Source of the DNA: Bugula neritina
Taxonomy: Eukaryota > Animalia > Bryozoa
Assembly: GCA_964035545.1 (NCBI GenBank)
Contig: OZ037766.1
Coordinates: 12,762,722 to 12,826,721, forward strand
DNA: 64,000 nucleotides
Direction: 5' to 3'
Shown: piece after piece, positions 24,789-35,391 of the stretch
Layout: the number at the start of each line of letters is the position of its first letter
Numbering within the stretch: position 1 is the first letter of the stretch
Notes under the pieces: generated by a model
Told to the model about the DNA's origin: nothing
Database searches by the model: none
Seen by the model: the letters and a program-made list of their open reading frames with translations, nothing else
Made by a program: the position numbers and the translations under genes

Positions 24789-24799
24789 CTGCCCCCTCC
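24789..24799 (-). promoter_or_regulatory. Polypurine tract
   Basis: GGAGGGGGCAG abutting the 3' LTR. Confidence 0.8.
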
Positions 24800-25066
24800 A
24801 GCAGAAAGCCCTCTTTCTGATAAAAATATAATTCACATAAAAAAAACTTATACATCAGTGGGCAGAGAGAGAATGATACAAAAGTATATACAAGAGCCAA
24901 TTGATTAGAGATACAGGTATATATAAAAAAAATATATGCACAATGAATGATGCAAGTATGTAAAAGAAAGTCCTATTTACATGTAGAGTACGTGCCACCG
25001 TAACGGGAGGGAATGCCACAGAGAGGTAGGGGGGAAGAGTAGTATGGAGTTGGAGATGGACTCATG

Positions 25067-26140
25067 TTAATCGTGGGCCGCCCGCCTCATGCGTTTAATA
25101 GACTCCTGCAGATACTTGAGCTCACTGGAGGCAGCATGCACGCGCGGGGCCAGTCTATACACTTCTTGCTCCAGGTCGCGGGCCCTAGCTTCTACTTCAC
25201 GTAAGTTGCGGGCCAGAGGGGATGAACGAGAGAAGGTCTGCTGTCTGTGCCGTTTTCGTTCTGAAGATGAAAATGGGGGAGGGAGTGTATACGCCTTCGT
25301 GTCTACCCTCTGTAGTACGACACGGGGAAGTGTATGCGGTTGACGTATAGGACTGAGAGGTGGGGAGTTAGTTGATTTTGTAAGCTTATCCGTGGTTTCA
25401 GAGATGATGGGTCGAGGGGAGGGAAAGCCTTGCTCCAGGCGAGACAGCTGAGCTGAGTCAGTGATGAGGGGTCTGATGGCGTTAAGGAATGCGGGATATG
25501 ATGCTTTGTCTACTTCATAGACGTGTCCTTGAAAGCACTGCATAGTGCGTTGGTGACGCAGTAGATAATCACGATTGTAACTATATTCTCCGCAGGGGCA
25601 GAACGTTGTGATGTAATGCTGCGGCAAGTGGACTCTCAGCCTACGATGGGTTGTAAACCGCTGCTGACATAGGCGGCATTCGCGGTTACTGTCATCTCCT
25701 CTATGAGTCTTAATCTCTTTCTCTGTGGCAGGGGTAGTCCAGTTAGAGGTTGCTTCCAACTGGGGTGGCAGTTGTCCGGTTGTGGGAATTGGTGGGGCCG
25801 GCTCTGGGTCCCATGCCATCTCTAGAGAAGGCATGCCCGGAGAGACGGGCGCGAGTGTGTCTACAAAAGTAGAATTATTGTTAGATCGCGGTGGATCTTT
25901 ACAACATAATTCTAGTGACGGTCGACTGTTACTAGCCTGAGAGTCACAACTTTTAGAATGCACTCGAGGAACCAGTGAATCATGTGTGGACTGACCAAGA
26001 ACAGTGTCTAGCTCCAGGTCTAACAGACCGTCGGCCATTACAGAGTCTTCATCGTCATTCACGTGAAACGTGGTTCCCAGTAATTCTGATTCAATCTGTT
26101 GAATTAGTTCAGAATTTACTGGCATCGAGCCCGTTTCCAT
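25067..26140 (-). CDS. Retrotransposon ORF3: 357-aa C2H2 zinc-finger and coiled-coil protein (not env-like)
   Basis: CRLCQQRFTTHRRLRVHLPQH and CPCGEYSYNRDYLLRHQRTMQC; acidic/Pro-rich N-terminus; heptad-rich C-terminus; lies inside the LTRs, 17 nt after the pol stop. Confidence 0.8.
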   Translation of the reverse strand: METGSMPVNSELIQQIESELLGTTFHVNDDEDSVMADGLLDLELDTVLGQSTHDSLVPRVHSKSCDSQASNSRPSLELCCKDPPRSNNNSTFVDTLAPVSPGMPSLEMAWDPEPAPPIPTTGQLPPQLEATSNWTTPATEKEIKTHRGDDSNRECRLCQQRFTTHRRLRVHLPQHYITTFCPCGEYSYNRDYLLRHQRTMQCFQGHVYEVDKASYPAFLNAIRPLITDSAQLSRLEQGFPSPRPIISETTDKLTKSTNSPPLSPIRQPHTLPRVVLQRVDTKAYTLPPPFSSSERKRHRQQTFSRSSPLARNLREVEARARDLEQEVYRLAPRVHAASSELKYLQESIKRMRRAAHD

Positions 26141-26157
26141 GGATAGGAATACAAGAC

Positions 26158-29100
26158 TTATACTGGCTTACCTGTGAACTCGGTATTAATGTCCATACTC
26201 AACGTTCTTGGTAAGATTGGAGCTGGTTGTGATATACGTCTGCCTCTGGCGATGTCAGCATAGGAAGAGGCTGAGCATCGTTTCTGAGGCACGAGGTCGG
26301 AACTATTTGCTTTACGCGCATTAATTCCTCCCACTATTCCGCCCTCGCAAAAGTTGATATTTGCGTGGGGTTCACAACTCCAACATTTTATCGTACGGTT
26401 TTCCCCTAGACTTTCATGTGTGCCGCTTCTAATGCAGTCACATACGAAGTCTTTTAAATATGGTGGGGGTTTCCTCGTACGCTGTCCCCGTTCTAGGGGG
26501 GGTGACACGCTCGCCGGTTCGTTAGTAGGGGCCTCTAATGGCGTCTCTACTTCACCGTTAGCGGTCACCTCTTCTTGTTCTCCGGATGGAGCCCCTCCCT
26601 CCGTGGGGGTTTGCACTTCCGGAACCGGCTCGGTTTCTGGAAGTGATGGAATTAGACTTGGCGGTGGCGGACACGCTTCCGTTGGCAAAAGCTGTCGCTC
26701 CTCTCTCACCAAGTTTTCTTCCCGCGGTATGACCACTTCGTATTCAGGTCCATGCCGCCGTCGCCCGCGTGTTGTTGTCTGCCTCCTGGGCTCCAACAAC
26801 GGGGGGGCTTCTCCCACCGCGTCGGGGCTAGCCCAATACGGTTTCAAGCGAGACTCATTCTGGATAGACACCTGTCCTGAGCGCTCAATCTTGTACGTAT
26901 GATTGGGCATAGCCTCGACGATCACGTAGGGTCCTACGAACTTAGGCTTTAGCTTGTCAGCCTGTCCGCGACGCCTACGGTAATTGACCATCCACACCTT
27001 ATCTCCCGTTTGGTAGAGAGGTGGTTCTTCGGAATCTTCGTGCCGCACCTTCCACTGCTGTTCGCGCAGTATATCGTGTGCGGCCTTCATCCGTTCCACT
27101 AGTTCACTGGCATACTCGTGAACCGAGTTGTCTTGCTCTGGAACGTGGTAGGTAAGATGGTCAGGGACACGAGTCTCTCTCCCGAGCATCAAGAGGTTTG
27201 GGGTCTCACCAGTACTGGTGTGTGGGGTGCTACGGTATGCACGCATGACTTGCGGCAACACCGTATCCCATTCCTCTTGGCCTCGTCCAAGGAGGAGACT
27301 CCGGAGCGCATCACCTAGCATCCGGTTGTTGCGCTCCACCACCCCGTTACCTTGAGGGTGGTAGGGGGTGGTCCGGCTCTGGTTTACTCCCCAGAGATGG
27401 CAAAGGTCGCTCATCAGTTGGGACTGGAACTGAGCGCCTTGATCAGAGTGTATCTGTTCGGGGAGACCAAAATAACAGAATACATGTTGGTCTAGTGCCC
27501 TGGCCACTGTTGGGGCTGATGCATCTGGGATAGCCAGAGCATCCGCCCACCTAGTAAAGTGGTCGGTCAGTACTAAGATCCAACTATTGCCTCTGGGGGT
27601 CAGGGGCATGGGTCCGACCAGGTCTACAGCGACTACTTGCCAGGGCCTTCCAGCATATAGCCTCCGCCGTCCCGCTTCACCAGGGGGGCGGCTATGCTTA
27701 CTGGCCTGGCAGATCTCACACTGTTTGACTCTGAGTCGGACGTCACGCTCCATTTGTGGCCAATACCACCGGAGCCGTAATTTGGAGATCACTCTCTTGA
27801 CCCCTGCGTGGGCCTGTTTGTGAGTGTCCCAAATCAGCTCACGGCGGATGGCAGTGGGACAGACCACCCTCTTCCTTTCCGGGTGTCTGCTGCTGGCAGC
27901 TAGAGAAATGGTCAGTAGACCATCCTGCCCGATCCGCAGCGAGTCCCAACGCTGACAGTATAGCCGGAACTCGGCGCATCCCTGTCTTATGCGTTCCTCG
28001 CTGGGTCGTCGCCCTTCCTTTTTGGCCCGATATATGTCTGCCACTACTCCAGGTAGCTCTTCCTGGAGCTTCTTCAGCTCTCGGACATTATCGGCCAGTA
28101 CAGGGTTGGCGCGGAGGTTTTGTACAACCTCCGGGGACTCGTCAACCTCTTGTCTGAGTTGACCCTGGTCCCAGTCAAACGGTGCTCCATGGCGAGCCAG
28201 CATCTCTAACTCACATCGCGGGGGACCTCCGTCCCTCCTCTCGATGTTGAGACACTGTTTGCAACCTCCATCAGGTCGGCGGCTCAACCCATCCGCATTG
28301 CTGTGCCTCCTGCCCGGTCGATGTTCGATCCGGTAGGAGAATTCAGCTAAGATTTCGAGCCACCGGGCGACCTGACTGGAGGGCTCTGCTCTCTTGCACA
28401 ACCAGATCAGCGAGGCATGATCCGTACGCAGCCGGAACTTCCTGCCGTATAAGTATGGTCTGAAGTGCTTCACTGACTTGATTACTGCCAGCAGCTCCTT
28501 GCGGGTAGTGCAGTAATTTCGTTCAGCGGGTGAGAGAGACTTGCTGTAGTATGCTACTACTACCTCTCGGCCTTCCTGCACTTGAGACAACACAGCGCCA
28601 ACATTTTGGTCACTGGCGTCCGTGTCGAGGATGTACTCTAGAGTGGGGTCTGGGTAGGCCAAGATGGGCGCCGTTAGCAGGCAGCCCTTGAGGCGGTCGA
28701 ACGCTCCTTGTTCGACTGGGGTCCACTGCCACGTCACTCCCTTTGCGGTGAGCCGGTTTAACGGCTGGGCTATGCCCGCAAAGTCCGATATGTATTGCCT
28801 GTAATACCCTACCAGCCCCAAGAAAGCCCGGAGTCCGGTCAAGTCTTGGGGGGTGACCCAGTCTTCTATCGCCCGTACCTTTTCGGGATCCGTTGCCACG
28901 CCGTTTCGACCGACAACGTGCCCCAGGTACTTGACCTCTGGCTGCAATAGAGCGCACTTGGAAGGTTTGAGCTTAAGACCGGCACCTCGGAGTCTCTCGA
29001 AAACCTCCTGCAGACGACTGACATGTGTCTCGAAGTCTGGGGAGATCACGATGACATCATCGAGGTAGACCAGCAGTGTCTTCCAATGGAGCCCGCTAAG

Positions 29101-30783
29101 GACTTGCTCCATCAGCCTCTGGAAGGTGGCTGGGGCGGAGGTTAACCCGAAGGGCAGCACCTTCCACTTCCACAACCCGTCCCGTGTGATAAACGCCGCT
29201 TTCTCCTGGGCGTCGGGACTCAGAGGGACTTGCCAATAGCCACTCAGCAAGTCTAACGTACTGAAGTACTTGCTGCCGGCTAGGGCGTCCAATGACTCGT
29301 CAATACGAGGTAGAGGGTAGGCGTCCTGTATGGTTACGCTATTGAGTTTGCGGTAATCCACACAGAACCGCCAACTGCCGTCTTTCTTCCGGACCAGTAC
29401 GACCGGTGAGCTCCACGCACTATGGGCGGGCTCTATGAGGCCGCGGTCCAGAAGATCCCGTACTTGTCGGCTAACCTCCTTCTCTTTTTCCGGCCCCAGC
29501 CTGCGTGTGGGTTGCCGGACGGGGACTGTCCCTGCAGTCAGCGGTATTTCGTGTCTGACCACTCCCGTCAGCCCCACGTCATGATCTCCGCTGCTGAACA
29601 CATCACCGTAGTCGCGTAGCAACTTCGCCATCGCTTGGCGTTCCTTGTTGCTCGCGCAGCCGCCACAGGCTGTTTCATATAACTCCCGGAGATGTGTTGG
29701 GACTGCCCCTCGCCCCTGAGTAGGGTGTCGAGGGGGTGTCTCCGTCGCGTCACCCAGCGACGGGCCCACGTCCTCTTCCTGGACGGAGTGGAACCGGCCC
29801 AGCATTGACCCAGCTGGGAGCTCAATGGGCTCGGTAAAGGGGTTGACACACTGCACTAAGACCTCCCCTCGCTCAGTTAGTCGGTTTAAACTACTAGCGA
29901 GTTGGATCCTTTCGTGCGCGCCTTCAACGACCCCGAGCCTGGCTATCCGGTTGCTGTTCACTCGGCAGTGGATAGTAGCTCTGGAGCGTCTGGGCACGGT
30001 GCAGTTTTGGACTACCTGAACACCGCCCACCAGAGGACGCCCAAACTTATCCACACAGGCGAGTTCTCGCCCGCCCATCAGCACCACCGACTTGCTGAAG
30101 TCTATTCGGCACTGGTGTTGCTTCAAGAAGGGCATTCCGAGGATAGCATCTTCCTCCAGTTGGCTTATGACAAAAGTCTCCTGTACAGCCTGGTCTCAGA
30201 CACGCCCAGGGAGCTCGATAATACCGTAGAAGGGAATACATGACCCGTCTGCCAGGGTGCCATGTTCCCCCGTATACGGTCGTACTCTATCCCTGTCCCG
30301 GCGGGGCAGTGCCTCAAAGACTCTACGACTGAGAAGGTTGGTAGTACAACCGGAGTCGAGCAGGAAAGTGACGGCGTTGCCGGCCACCTTTCCGGGTAGG
30401 AAATAGCTCTCTCCATGTGGTTGTACTTTCACCCCCCCCCCCGCATGTGATGTCCTAAATTGGTAGGACGGCGGGGGTTTCACCCGTGGTTTACGGGGTT
30501 TCCGGCGGCGAGGTTGGTGCCGGCGGGGTTTGGGGCTCTCCACTGGGCCTTCTGGCTCCATCTCAGTGGTGGGCTCCTCTTCCCGAGGTAACCGGTGGAA
30601 CCGGTTGGCGAGTGGCAGGGAGAAGGTACTTGGCCGTTGTGCGGGCCTGCTAGTCCTGCGTGGTACCTGCCACTCGGGGGGGGGGTGTTCCGTCGTGTCC
30701 GTGCGGACAGACGACGGCGTGTCCCACCAGACTCCTTCAGTTGCGGCCCACGGGGAGGGAGAGTGTCCGCGGGCCGTGACAGT
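26158..30783 (-). CDS. pol: Gypsy pol (protease, RT, RNase H, integrase), interrupted by one in-frame TGA at 30198-30196
   Basis: FLLDSG protease in ORF 30196-30561, in frame with ORF 26158-30135. The latter has RFCVDYRKLN, LPFGL, YLDD (RT), TDASD (RNase H), HKQAH..CEIC, VAVD..HSDQG..VER and GPY (integrase). The frame is open back to a TAA at 30786-30784. Confidence 0.95.
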
Positions 30784-31603
30784 TTAACGCCCCCTGGTAT
30801 TGGGGTCGTCCTTTCTGTCCGTGGTCCTGACCAGCACTACTCCAGCCCTGCCCCACAGGTGTTGGTGGCACCCGCAGGGCCTGACCGGGGCCAGCGCCGG
30901 CCAGAATTGTTACCAGTTGTCCCAGCATCTCTACCATACGGTCCACTTCGGCTTCCAGCGGGGGAGCTTCGGGGCCTGTTGTAGCCCTGGCAGCACTGAC
31001 TCCAACTACTGGTGGGTTCCGTTGTGCTCGATGCATTTGGGTAGCCAACAGGTAAGCTTCTCCAGCCTTCAGGGCATCCTCTATTCTGGTTATCCCTTTA
31101 GCTCGAAGTTGATGGTGTAGGCCCAGGTCGTTTAGTGACTGGACAAAGGCGTCGTATGTGTAACGCTCTTGGTGTTGCGCTGGTAGGTCACTATACGCAA
31201 TCTGTGCCAGCTTCTTCACCGTCGCGGCATGTTCTTGCAGCGAGGTCCGCGGGGTGCGGCACAATCTCTGTAGCTTGGTCCTAGCGTCTATTTCGGAGAT
31301 GCCAAAACGGGCCCGCAGCGCAGCCAGTATCCCGTTTACGTCCGTTCCCACTCCGTACGGCTTGGCTTGCTCCGTCAACGCTCTCCGCAATTGGATAAGG
31401 GCCACTCTATGCGGCCATTGAGCAATCTCCATTACCTCTCTAAATTCTTGTATAAACTGTTCGACATCTTCTGACCCAGTAAAGGTGGGAGCTTTCAAGC
31501 AATATCTATAAGCTTCTTCTCCCTCACGATTCACAGGGTTAACATCATTTCTACGCTCACCTTCTACTGGGGGTGGTTGCATTCTAGCATTTTCAGTCTC
31601 CAT
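30737..31603 (-). CDS. gag: Gypsy gag (288 aa; no intact CCHC knuckle)
   Basis: First ORF after the PBS; PTFTGSEDVEQFIQEF...W...LRARFG capsid-like motifs. Confidence 0.85.
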   Translation of the reverse strand: METENARMQPPPVEGERRNDVNPVNREGEEAYRYCLKAPTFTGSEDVEQFIQEFREVMEIAQWPHRVALIQLRRALTEQAKPYGVGTDVNGILAALRARFGISEIDARTKLQRLCRTPRTSLQEHAATVKKLAQIAYSDLPAQHQERYTYDAFVQSLNDLGLHHQLRAKGITRIEDALKAGEAYLLATQMHRAQRNPPVVGVSAARATTGPEAPPLEAEVDRMVEMLGQLVTILAGAGPGQALRVPPTPVGQGWSSAGQDHGQKGRPQYQGALNCHGPRTLSLPVGRN

Positions 31604-31617
31604 CTTTGATGTACACT

Positions 31618-31635
31618 ATCCCACTGCTGCCACCA
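31618..31635 (-). promoter_or_regulatory. Primer-binding site, tRNA-Leu type
   Basis: TGGTGGCAGCAGTGGGAT, 1 nt inside the 5' LTR; complementary to the ...ATCCCACyGCTGCCA-CCA 3' end of metazoan tRNA-Leu. Confidence 0.85.
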
Positions 31636-31636
31636 C

Positions 31637-31941
31637 TGTTATGATTTTCAGATTTAGGGTCGATGTGCAACCAAGAGAGTCTATTTATTACTAGAGAAAC
31701 TTCACCGATATAAGTCGAGTAGATATCGTTATATTTGAATACAAGAATACATAATAAAATCTAATATACAACAGTAATAATACGCACGTCTATTTAATTT
31801 ACAGCACTATCCTCAACTGAGCTAGTAGCGCGAAGCTGCTACTATTACTCATAAGCAGCTTAGCTAATTGGCTAGTACATCGTTCCGGGTCAATACGCAA
31901 CCTTGCGTATTGTGTTGCTGGTAGCTCTACGAGCCACCACA
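31637..31941 (-). repeat. 5' LTR (TG...CA)
   Basis: Direct repeat of 24484-24788 with 2 mismatches by eye. Confidence 0.97.
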
Positions 31942-34259
31942 ATATAAACAAATACTATAGGGAAGTGTAAAACAAGTGCGGAATAAAACTAAAATATTAA
32001 TTACAAATAAGGAACGACAACTTTTTTTATTTATTTTTATTTATTATAGCAACACCAAGCATAATATTTATAGACAATATAACTATGTAAAAATATAGCT
32101 GACAAATATCTCACCCATGGTGCGTTACGTGTTCCCTGCTTCACTAATCAAGTAGATATGCTGCTGAGTATAGGAGGTGAATGTGATGAAACACAGTTTG
32201 ATTATTTACTTTTATACACTTTGAGAGAATCAATTAAAAAACTGACAGTCATCTAAAAAGATTGTATAAATTGTCTGTTGCATTGCAAAATGAGTTATTT
32301 GAAAGTAATATACTTGTCAACATTTTGAATGATTTATTTATAAAATTTTAGGTTTCAAATTGATACACATAGTTTGTTTTTATGCTAATTTTTTAAGATT
32401 CAGAGCCAGATGCGAACTCAAAAACTTTCATTTTTGTTCAAGTGCAAACAATTGCAAAGTCTTGACCACTACATTACAATACTTGATTGAAAAATTTAAT
32501 CTTAGCTAGTATTTATAAACAAATGTATTGTTCATTAAGTCTCCATTCCTAAAACAAAAAAATAAATCATTGAGAAAATAGCATAGCTAATGTCTAAAAT
32601 TTAATACAGCTCTGAAATTTTTATAAGTTTCTCAAGGTTCTATACTTTATAAATTTGAACAAATAGCATAGTTTTAACCTGATTGCTACATCTGAACACT
32701 CGATATACAAAGTGAAACCAAGGCTTATATATAAGTTGTTCATGCGCAGCACCAGACTAAATGAGCAACTATAGTCAGGTTATATTAGAAGCATTCTAAT
32801 TAATACCACCAGAAAATAGTAATACTCAAGTCAACAGTGCCCTTTGGTGTAGTGGTAGTTGAAGCTCAACCCTATGGTACTATGGCATTGAGCAGCCACG
32901 GGACAGGACTTTCCTATTATCTAATCACCGTGTATAGTGATACTCGCTAGGATACTATGATCATCAACATCAGTTTCACTAACTAAAACTATGTGATACT
33001 AAGACATATATGATTTACAATTTGTAGAATACACAAGCTAACAGAGACATAACCTTCATTTTTCTATAGTTATAAGTCACGAAAAATAATTATCAACACT
33101 AAGCTTTTGCTTTACTCTGTGTATAACTGCAAAAATAGATGTTTACTTATATCTGTGCCATCTAACACATCATATGCATTATATAAAATAGATAACTTAT
33201 GGTTTCTCAGTGTCAATGTGATATAAGAATAATATAAGTTTCTATGCCATTTCAACAACTTGCATTGCTGCAGAAGCTGATCGAGGCAAGCAGAGCTATT
33301 GTATTTTCACCAAAAACTGAGCTGTATGTTATCAGATTCAGGGTATAAACTGCAGTACGTGTAAATAAACTTATCGCAAAAAAAACCTACAACATATAAA
33401 GAATTTTCAAAATCAATATTCATTAATAATAGGATTGTTTTGCTTGAACTAAAAACAGTAAATTTTACTTTAGCATGGTTTACCCGTCCAGAAAATATTT
33501 AAAATTAGATGTATCAGGCTTGAAAATGAGTGAATTTCTACTGTCTCTAATGTATGATCAAGACTATTTGAGTTAAACATTGAGCATTTCACCAAATTTG
33601 TGTTAGAGTCATATACATAAAGTACAACAGAAACGCTACAAATTATAATCTAACTTACCATCGAAGCATGAATAATCTACTTTTTTGTTTTGTTTTCATA
33701 TTTGTAAGTATTTTTCACCATACAAAATAGCCACAATTTTTCAAAGTTATAGCGTGTCAAACTGTTTTCAGTGTCACCAACTCTTGTTTTGTAATATGAA
33801 ATTAATGTTTAACACACTACTGCTGCATCTATGTATGCAGCTTTTGTTGTCCAGATGCAAGGTTTATTTAGGTCTATAACCAGTGTTAACATCAGAGAGC
33901 AAGGCCTGACCATGCGCTTGCATATGCATTTAAAATAATATGTTGTTCACGTCATTTTACTTTATATACTGTATAAACGCTATAATAACATATTCATATT
34001 TCATTTTACACGTACAGATCATAAAAAGATTACGCGTTGGTTCAACACTTATTATAGAGTTACCTTTTCTTAAAATTGTGTCACTGATTTGTAAACATCT
34101 GACGAAATTATGTTATACTGACAAGCATCTCTGCAGAAACATCGAGTAGTGATTAATATCAAACGATCGGGTAATTGTCAGGGCAATAAAAACCGCGCAG
34201 TGCAGTTTAAATGAGTGGCACGAAATGGTCTAATCCGTTGTCCTACTCGTTGAGGAATA

Positions 34260-35200
34260 CTTATAATAATTAGTAATTAATAAATAAATTATTAAAAATT
34301 TCATACCTACTATTGCACAGTAAACACGAATTATAATTATTATGTAATTGTTTTGTTTGCCTTCGCTGCTCATTAATATTGTTAATATATAATATTAATT
34401 ATATTTACAAAATTATAATCAACATAAAACTAAAAGTAAAACTAAAAGTGAAACTAAAACCAAGTGAGAATCGAAATGAAATTCAAATTGAAATAATTTA
34501 TATTAAAAATATTAATTATTTAAATTTTCATTATCATAAATACAATTACAAATTTATTATAGTATCATCATTTACTTTCACTTTTAGTTTTAGGCTATTG
34601 TTAATGTTATATTTATAGTAATTATATTTAATTTTATATTAATTTGAATTACAACTTTTAGTTTTACTTGAGGTTGAACTTGAACGTTTAAAATTTAAAA
34701 AAAAATCTAAATAATTATTTAAATTACATTACTATAACTATATTGAGTATAATTATAAGTATAAAACTCTAAATCTCAGTATGACTATGAGTATGAGTAT
34801 CACACAATCATTGTGACAATGAGTATGACAAGGGACAGGGTTAAACTCCGACACATTGTCAATCATAATGAGTGAATGACAGTCACTCAGTGTGACAGTC
34901 ACACTCCAGTTATACTAATACTATAGTAACTGACTGTCAGACGCCAATGTAACAATAAGTTAAATATTAAGGTGGAGATCATACTGATTTGTCAACTACT
35001 AGTAGTAGTAGTAGTACTAGTACTACTACTACTAATAGTACTAGGACTACCACCACCACCACTACTATTAATATTAATAGTGGTAATTGATTTTAATTCA
35101 TATTGATGTTTATTGGTATTGAAAGGCATATTCATATTAATTATTATAAATTATGATGGTAACTCAAACTGGCTTGCCTTCCTTGCAATGTAACCTCTTC
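34260..35200. repeat. Low-complexity AT-rich tract with degenerate 3/6-bp periodicity and palindromes upstream of KIF20
   Basis: e.g. ACTAAAAGTAAAACTAAAAGTGAAACTAAAAC, AGTATGACTATGAGTATGAGTAT, (TAG)n-(TAC)n. Confidence 0.7.
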
Positions 35201-35391
35201 TAGTTATAAGATTAAAATTACTTTTTAGGCTTGAGTTTTACTTAAATTCAATACTTCGCTATGGTTTACGCCTATGGGCTGCTACTACTTCTCATCTGGT
35301 ATTGAGTCAAAATGAATTCAAATTATTGCAAATGATAATTTGACTATAAAGTTCTAAGAAAATAATATTTATTTTTTAGGTGAATTAAAAA

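Larger units (their letters stand above)
24484..31941 (-). mobile_element. Full-length Ty3/Gypsy LTR retrotransposon (7458 bp)
   Basis: Two 305-bp LTRs, 4-bp TSD ATAT (24480-24483 and 31942-31945), PBS, PPT, and gag, PR-RT-RH-IN order. GC-rich interior against AT-rich host DNA. Confidence 0.98.

Noticed and set aside
25067-26140. ORF3 as env
   Set aside because: No signal peptide or transmembrane segment; zinc fingers instead.
26158-26800. Chromodomain at the integrase C-terminus
   Set aside because: The tail is Pro/Glu-rich with an RxRKPPxYLxDF motif; no chromodomain aromatic pattern seen.
25089-31120. Many plus-strand and alternative-frame ORFs inside the retrotransposon
   Set aside because: Expected in GC-rich coding DNA; no motifs.
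32000-34250. Possible minus-strand gene or lncRNA (donor-like CTCAC/CTTAC at ~32110 and ~33655; CpG-richer patch ~34150-34250)
   Set aside because: No coherent exon chain or recognisable protein could be assembled.
34379-34618. 79-aa Ile/Asn/Lys-rich ORF, and similar ORFs at 57042-57549 and the N-terminus of 57620-58165
   Set aside because: By-products of periodic low-complexity DNA.
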